Shown here: positions 1 through 7,800 of the stretch, in pieces
Layout: every line of letters begins with the position of its first letter
How positions within the stretch are numbered: the stretch's first letter is position 1
Origin: Poseidonia sp.
Lineage (GTDB): Archaea; Thermoplasmatota; Poseidoniia; Poseidoniales; Poseidoniaceae
Direction of reading: 5' to 3'
NCBI GenBank assembly: GCA_965661285.1
Contig: CBFIDD010000005.1
Span: 1 to 41,475, forward strand
DNA length: 41,475 bases
The notes under the pieces: generated by a model
The model's database searches: none
Seen by the model: the letters and a program-made list of their open reading frames with translations, nothing else
Told to the model about the DNA's origin: nothing
Program-made: the position numbers and the translations under genes

Positions 1-24
1 TAAAAAAAAGGAGACAAGAAGAAA

Positions 25-1599
25 ATGAACAAGAAAAATACGAGTGTGCTGGTTGCGCTATTCCTCGTTCTGATGTCGGCTTCGGTCGTCATGGGCGAGG
101 GTTCCGACCCTCTGGATCCGTCTGACGGCGGAGCCGACTGGGACGGAGACGGCTTGACCAACGCTGAAGAACAGCAACACGGAACGGACATGACGAAGGC
201 TGACACTGATGGTGACGGCCTACCGGATGGGTGGGAGGTCACACATGGCCTCAACCCCAACTCGGCTGGCGATGCAAACGCAGACCCCGACGGCGATGGT
301 CTAACCAACGCCCAGGAGTACGCGCGCGGAACCAACCCGAACTCGGCTGACACCGATGGTGACGGCCGACCGGATTCGACAGATCCGTTCCCGAACGACC
401 CGAACGACGGTGAGTACTCGGACTCTGACGGCGACGGTATCCCCGACGCCTACGATCCGGACTACCAAGATGCTGAGACAGGCTCCGGAGACGGCGGCAC
501 CAGTGGTGGCGGCGAATCTGAGGACCAAGGTCAGGGCGAAGGTCAGGGCCAAGGTCAGGGCCAAGGTCAAGGCCAAGGTCAGGGCCAAGGTCAGGGCCAA
601 GGTCAGGGCCAAGGTCAAGGCCAAGGTCAACAACAAGGCCAAGGTCAAGGTCAGCAAGGTCAGCAAGGTCAGCAAGGCCAGCAAGGTCAGCAAGGCCAGC
701 AGGGTCAGCAAGGTCAGCAAGGCCAGCAAGGCCAGCAAGGTCAGCAAGGCCAGCAAGGTCAGCAAGGCCAGCAAGGTCAGCAGGGCCAGCAAGGTCAGCA
801 GCAAGACAACGGCCAAGGTCAGCAACAGCAAGGCGGTCAACAAGGCGGCCAGCAAGGCGACCAGGCCAGCCAAGACCAGAACGGTCAGAACCAGAACGGT
901 CAGAACGAGCAGCAGCAAGGTCAGACGCAGAACGGACAGCAAGGTCAACAAGGCCAGCAATCCGATCAGCAGCAGGGCCAGCAGCTCGACAACCAGGACG
1001 AGAACGACAACGATGGCGATGGTATCCCGAACGACGTTGACAACGACGACGACAACGACGGTATCCCCGATGTTGTGGATGATTCACCAATGGATCACGA
1101 CAACGACGGCACCGACGATTTCGAGGATGATGACGCTGACGGCGACGGCATCGACGACCGCGAGGAAGTGAACGATGCAGACCCCAACACCAACATCTAC
1201 GACCACGACAACGACGGCATTTCCGATGCTGTTGACTTGGACATCGACAACGATGGCATTGACAACCGAAATGACATTGGCGACATGGGCGAAGATCTGT
1301 CCCGAGACCACGACAACGATGGTATGGACGACGCTGAAGACGACGACGATGACAACGACAACATCCTCGATGTTGACGAAATCGACGGCGTTGCCGGAAG
1401 CTACCGCTACGACCACGACAACGATGGCATTTGGGATCTTACCGACAACGATGACGACAACGACGGTCTTATGGACTGGTTTGAAATCAACGACGGCAAC
1501 GATCTCACGGGTCAATTCGACGCTGATAACGACGGACTCGATGATTACGAGGATGACGACGACGATAACGACGGCATCCTTGACATCTACGAATTCTGA
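25..1599 (+). CDS. Secreted acidic protein with thrombospondin type-3-like DxDxDG Ca-binding repeats flanking a central Gly/Gln low-complexity block
   Basis: Signal peptide (MNKKNTSVLVALFLVLMSASVVMG), AAGGAG SD-like site upstream, many DxDGDG/DxDNDG motifs, no C-terminal TM segment. Confidence 0.9.
   Translation: MNKKNTSVLVALFLVLMSASVVMGEGSDPLDPSDGGADWDGDGLTNAEEQQHGTDMTKADTDGDGLPDGWEVTHGLNPNSAGDANADPDGDGLTNAQEYARGTNPNSADTDGDGRPDSTDPFPNDPNDGEYSDSDGDGIPDAYDPDYQDAETGSGDGGTSGGGESEDQGQGEGQGQGQGQGQGQGQGQGQGQGQGQGQGQGQQQGQGQGQQGQQGQQGQQGQQGQQGQQGQQGQQGQQGQQGQQGQQGQQGQQGQQGQQQDNGQGQQQQGGQQGGQQGDQASQDQNGQNQNGQNEQQQGQTQNGQQGQQGQQSDQQQGQQLDNQDENDNDGDGIPNDVDNDDDNDGIPDVVDDSPMDHDNDGTDDFEDDDADGDGIDDREEVNDADPNTNIYDHDNDGISDAVDLDIDNDGIDNRNDIGDMGEDLSRDHDNDGMDDAEDDDDDNDNILDVDEIDGVAGSYRYDHDNDGIWDLTDNDDDNDGLMDWFEINDGNDLTGQFDADNDGLDDYEDDDDDNDGILDIYEF
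529..648 (+). repeat. In-frame 12-bp tandem repeat (GGTCAGGGCCAA consensus) encoding (GQ)n
   Basis: Eight 12-mers at 529-624, then a degenerate tail; read directly from sequence. Confidence 0.95.
649..801 (+). repeat. In-frame 9-bp tandem repeat GGYCAGCAR x17 encoding (GQQ)17
   Basis: Counted 17 contiguous units. Confidence 0.95.
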
Positions 1600-1648
1600 A
1601 GTTGACGCGCTGACTGTCTGTCAAAGAACCGTCTCTGACGGGTACAAC

Positions 1649-1700
1649 AGGTGCTCCGAGGCTACGGCCCCGGAGCACCTCCATTTCTTCCATTTCACAA
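1649..1700 (+). terminator. Strong hairpin followed by a pyrimidine-rich tract; putative terminator or 3' stability element
   Basis: AGGTGCTCCG-a-GGC-TACG-GCC-c-CGGAGCACCT then CCATTTCTTCCATTTC. Confidence 0.6.
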
Positions 1701-1713
1701 TGATTTTTTCAGT

Positions 1714-1749
1714 GGTTGTCCGGACAACCGCGCTCAACAATGGTGTTGA
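1714..1749. promoter_or_regulatory. Two adjacent palindromes, putative operator sites
   Basis: GGTTGTCCGGACAACC (perfect 16 bp) and TCAACA-atgg-TGTTGA in the intergenic region upstream of the 1842 gene. Confidence 0.45.
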
Positions 1750-1841
1750 TACGCAGCGTCTTGTGTGATACGGAACCGCACAATCGCGCCACGCCCTTGA
1801 AATAGGGTATTTCGGTGGAGAGGTGATTACGAGGTGCCCGC

Positions 1842-4800
1842 ATGCTGTCAAAACAACACACCCAACAAATCGAAGAGCGACAACAACTCTCCATGGCCAT
1901 CATCATTGTGTTTTTGATGCTGGCCAGTAGCCTGCTCGCTATCGTTCAAACCGTTCATGACGGTCCCGAAGCCACTCGAGAAACGCGCCTTGTGGATGGC
2001 GGTAGCCTCGGCATGACGCCCGTCCAGTCCACCGACCAAGGAGGCCAAGGCGGCTGGGACGGCGTGCACGACAGCCGCTACGACATGGCACATGAAGCAC
2101 TGACCAATCTCATGTGGTCGGACCCAGGCGTTTCAGCAGGGGTCATCGTTGACCTCTCGGTTCTTGAAGCGGCGATTCCTGCCTACTCTACGTTCCTCGA
2201 AGAAACACGTGCCGGCGACCACGACAACGACGGCATCGACGACCTTGCTGACCTTGACGACGATAACGACGGTATCTACGACTTGCTGGAACGATTTGAC
2301 GGCTGCTATGGAACCGACCCGTACGACCATGACAACGACGGCATCTTGGATGTTGACGATTGGGATGACGACAACGACGGTATCCTTGAGGGCCCCATTG
2401 ACTACGACGCACTTGAAGCACAAGGACTTGACCCCCGCAACGTCTCCACGGACCGCTACCTTGACCCGAACATCGACCACCCTCACCCCGACATCGGCGC
2501 GGTTGGCAACTTCTACCTCGCCGACCAGAACCCCATGGACCACGACAACGACGGCGTGACCGACGAAGACAGCGACGGTGCAGGCCCCGGACGCTATGAC
2601 GAGGACGATGACAACGATGGACGCATCGACCAGTTTACCTGGCCGTGCGACTTGGATTCCGACGGCGTATCCGATTATTTCGACACCGACGACGACAACG
2701 ACGGCGTCCCCGATGTTGACGATACCCATCCCTACGATGCCGCCATCACAACACAAATGTCGGCGACATCTTCGTTGTACGATACTTCTCGTGTTTGGAC
2801 GTTCAACGAATACCGAGCGTATTCCGGTGGCGTTGACTATGTGGAGTGGGAGCGAAATCGAGTAAACGCACCAACGGCCACCGCCTCGGGCTTTGGTGCC
2901 CTGGGTGCACAGGGCACGCCGACCTTTAGCCAAATCATTGATGGCGACTTGGATGGCGATGGAGCACCGAATTTCCTTGACCCTGACAACGACAACGACG
3001 GTACGCCGGACTCGGCTGACACCGACGATGACAACGACGGTATCCTCGACATGGTCGACCCTGACGACGACAACGACGGTATCCCAGACACCTGCATCCA
3101 AATTGATACCAATGGCGATGAAACCAGCGACTACACGGGTCTGCAAAACGGCGGTGTTACGGGCCTCTCATTGACAGACGGCGGTTCGAGCTACATCGAC
3201 GGCAATGACATCTCAACGTCCTCGGCCACCAGCACTGGGACCGGCATGACGGTCAACATCGTCACTACATTAGGAACCGTTACCAGCGTGTCCGTCAACA
3301 AACCGGGTTCGGGGTACGCAAACGGTGACGCCCTCACCATCACGGGTGGCGCATCAGACGCTGAGATCACCGTGACCGGGACATCGAGCGTGAGTTTCGA
3401 AATTCCCGGTGCGGACGGCGATGCTGACGGCATCGTCGACTGTGAAATCGACTACGATTACGACCTTGACGACGACATTCTTCGCCCGTTTGATCAAAAC
3501 TACAACGGTGTCTATGACTGGCTTGACTCCGACATGGGCGGAACAACCTCTCCTGACAACCTTGGCAACTTTGCTGTCGGGGGCGCAGACCTTCCCTACG
3601 ACCTGGACAACGACAACATCGAAAACGAGAACGACTCGTTCCCGCTCGATTCCGCCGCTGATGTGGCCACATGGAATTGCCCATCTCAAGCAAACCCGAA
3701 CCCTGTCACCCCCGATCCGCGCTGTCAAACACGACGCGCCTCTTTCTCTCAATTCAACGACTGGGACGGCGACGGTATCAGCAACTGGGACGACGTTGAT
3801 GACGACAACGACGGCATCATTGATGCGCTTGACATCGACTGGGACTGCGATCTTGACAATGACAATGACCTCCACGTGCTCAACGGAGGCCTGTATCGGG
3901 ATGACGGGCCCAACGATGTAGATTCAGATATTGATGGTGATGGATTGGAGAACAGCATTGACTGGGACGACGATAACGACGGGATTTCCGACCTCTTCGA
4001 CCCTGATGACGGCAACTGTGGCGTGGTTGATTTCGACGGCACCGATGCCTTTGCAACCCCTTACTACCCCGTGAACGACGGAGGAGCACTTGATGGCTCG
4101 GCTGACAGCCAGCTGTACGGCACCAACTCCACCGACCATTGGAACATGGTGTTCAAGCACTACCCCTTTGCCGATGTTGTCCTGAACTACAACGGCTATG
4201 ACGCCACCACGACGCCGGTTACCCCGGGTGTCGTCCCCGAATTCTATTGGTTCTTGTTCGCTCGTTGGTCCCCCTACAACGGTGGAAACGAATGGGATAT
4301 TGATTCCGACGGTGATTCTCTCATCAACGGGTTGGATGTTGACCAAGATGCCGATGGTATGCCAGATTGGTGGGATCAAGATGAAGGAAACGATGGAATT
4401 CTCGACGTTGATGATATCAAGATGGGAGGAACATTCAACCTCTCCGTGTGTGGCTGGACGGCTGGCAATCTCGGGCAGGGCTATGTTTGTGGGTATTCCT
4501 ATGCCCTGGCATACAAGATGCCACTCAACGGCGTGAACGCACAATTCGGTGCTCCGTACTCCACACGCCCCGATGCAGCGTTTGACCAGGGCCCGACCGC
4601 TGGTGGACCTTCAGGCAACTGGAGCTGCACGCCTGTTGCAGACATCGGTTGCTGGCACTATGATTTCGGTGGCGATGGAACGATTGACTCCGCTGTGACC
4701 TACACCCAGATGGTGGATAACCGCGACGCCTACATCACGTGGATTGGGCTGACCACCGGCATCTGGCAGTGGAACAGTGACAATGGCCCGGAGGCGGATT

Positions 4801-7800
4801 TCCCAGATGAACTGGGAGCTGACCTGCTCAAGAACGATGTTGATGGCGACATCGACGGCGATTTCACCAACTCAACCATCGATCTTGACGACGATTACGA
4901 CTCGATTTTCGACTGGTTTGACGTTGACGATGACAATGACGGTGTGTGGGATTACTTCGAGGTCGACAGCAATTTCGACCTGGATGACGATACCGGCCAA
5001 AACAACGGGAACTTCTTTTCGGGAACCAACTGCGATGACAACGACGATGACGGCAACGACGCCGATGCAGACGATGACGGCTTCTATCAGGCGGTTTGGG
5101 ACCAAGGTATCATGTCGCAAGGTCTCCGTCAACCAACCTTGTACGACGTCGACAACGATAACGATGCGATTCCCGATGGCGAGGACCCTGATGACGATAA
5201 CGACGGCCGGTTGGATGTCGACCAGGAACGCCTGACTGGATGTTTCTGGGGCGAAGAACAGTCCACATGGGACAACGATAACGACGGTATTGTCAACTGG
5301 GCCGACGACGACTGGGACGGCGACGGATTGCCCAACTTGGAAGAATTGCTTGAAAGCATCACGGCGCCGTTTGACCATGACAACGATGGCGTTCGCGACG
5401 ACCTCGACGAAGACGACGATGAGGACGGCATGCACGACGAAGACGAAGTGCTGCTCTGGCCCACTCGCTTTGACCGCAATTCTACCAACCCGTGGGACCA
5501 CGACGACTTTGGCGACGGTGAAGCACTTGCCAACCCACTCGACACTTCCACGGGACCCGATGCCATCGACATGGACGACGACAATGACACGCGAAACGAC
5601 GTGGACTTCGACCACACCGAAGACAGTGAACTGACATCGGATTGGGACCATGACAACGACGGCATTCTCGATGCTGACGACAAGGCGCCGACCTACATCA
5701 CCCTCAACCTGCCAGACAACTTGTGGCTGGATGCACAAAGTCCTGCCATCTTCTCTGGGCATGTGGATTGGCTCAACCCCATCACCGGTGTGGTGGAACC
5801 GGCTCCGCAACTGCCGGTGCAGGTTCACATTGAATGGACTGCCAACAACACGACGGCCATCGAAACGATTGACGTCTTGACCAATGCGGGTGGCAACTTC
5901 AGCGTTGGACAGTTCCTCTATCCTGAGGATTTGACCGTCGGCGACAACACCACCTACAGGGTTTATGCAGAGGTCACGGAGATGTTCATGTTCAACGGCA
6001 ATCAATCGCAATCCTACTACGTTGGGGCAGAAGCCAACATGACGGTTGACTATTCGGCCTGGACGTTTTTCCGAAGCGATGAACAACCGTTCTGGCTCGA
6101 CTTCAAGGCGCACTATGCAGCCGATTGGGACCGTGGCCTCTTTGACAACCGCATCAAGAACTCCCCGATCACCTTCTCCATCTTTGGTGGCTTGTTTGGA
6201 AACTTGACCGCTCCAACCAACTTTACCGGTTTGGGCAACAACGGTTATCGAACCGACGCCTCGGGCTGGGCTTCGCTCACCTTTGTCCAAGATTTGGGTA
6301 TTGCCGGAACCTGGAAACAAGTGCAATGGAACTCAACCGCCAGCAACGGCGCTGGACAAATTCCCGGCGGATACGAAGAGATCATATGGAACGACTTGAC
6401 CAAGCAACACGACGTTGTGTTGGACGGAGATGGCGACATCGTTCGCTACAACTACACCAACACCAGTCTACCTGCTGGTGATATCGAAATTATCGCTCGG
6501 GCATCACCCGAACTGGCGTCAGAATGGCCGTTCCCCTACCTTCACGGCGATGAGGCCGAACCGTTTTCCGTTCGTATCATGCACCGCATGAACATCGAGG
6601 GAACCTTGGTTCTTGACGGATTGAGCCCCATCTACTACTACGACGCCACGGTCAACAACGGCGACGGAACGTTCGGCGACTGGTCGACGCTCTTCCACCA
6701 GCCTGCGCTGACAGCCGCTGGTGTCAACTACAACGATGTTTCAGCCTTCAAACCGTATCCGAAATCTTGGGACGGCACCCCCGAGGGCCTCACCGGACAA
6801 GCGGCCGCTCTACGGCCCTTCCTTTCCGGCAACGGCACGCACTGGTTCATTGCGCTGGTCAACGGTGGAGACAGCAACCTACCACCGTGTGGCCCGGTTG
6901 ACCGAACCGACCCCAACAGCCCGATTCGCTGTGAAATCGTTCCTGAAATGAACACCGGAGATTCCCTTCAGGTCATCGGCAAGGTCACCAACCGCACCAA
7001 CGATCCGTGGGACCAAGACCCCATTGCGCTGCAGGTTGACGTTGACAAGAACGGGCAATTCCTTGGCGCTGGCGAAACGGCTTACACCCAACGTCCGATC
7101 ATGAAGGACGGCGATGCGACCTACGACTATAACTGGTCGTGGTTCAGCCAATACGGCGCTGGCACATACGGCCTGCGCGTTGATTTCACCAATTCGGCCT
7201 ACTACTTCACCGGCAACTCATCGACGTTGGCCCCAACAGGCGCTTACATCAACGTCACAGTCGTCGGTACCACTGATTTCCAAACCACATCGCTCCCACG
7301 CCTCTACCGAAACACCAACACAACCATTCAGGCCAAGCTGGTCGACAACTCACTTCAGCCGGTGCGAAACGCTCCGGTGAACTACACGTGGTCCTTTGAC
7401 GGACGGACGGGTGTGAACTTTACCGACAGCAACGGTTTCTTCGAGATTCCGTTCAACGTCTCTGCCAGCGACGCACTCGGTAACTTCACGCTGCAGTTCG
7501 AATATTCAGGGACTTCGTTGCTGAAAGGCACCACGGTGAGTCAATCCGTTTGGGTGGTTTCTCGTACCTACATGCAAGTCATCTCAACGGAAGACAATCT
7601 GCGTAGGTCCGGGGACAAGTGGGATTTCACCGCCCAAGTTTCGGACGACAACAAGACGCTCGTGCGCGATTCCGGTGGAACCGCTCTCTCCGGCTCTGAA
7701 ACGCCGTACGGCGGATTGGTTGACGTCATCTTCGAAGGCACGGACTTCCAAGGTACGCTTCACCGACAGGTCGTGGCAACGCTCGCACCTAACGCTGGTG

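Noticed and set aside
529-801. Possible CRISPR array
   Set aside because: Units are 9-12 bp, contiguous, without spacers and in frame in a CDS
251-1171. Alternative-frame ORFs with LTLA, ADLAG or KVRA repeats
   Set aside because: Shadows of the GQ/GQQ tandem repeat in other frames, with no independent coding evidence
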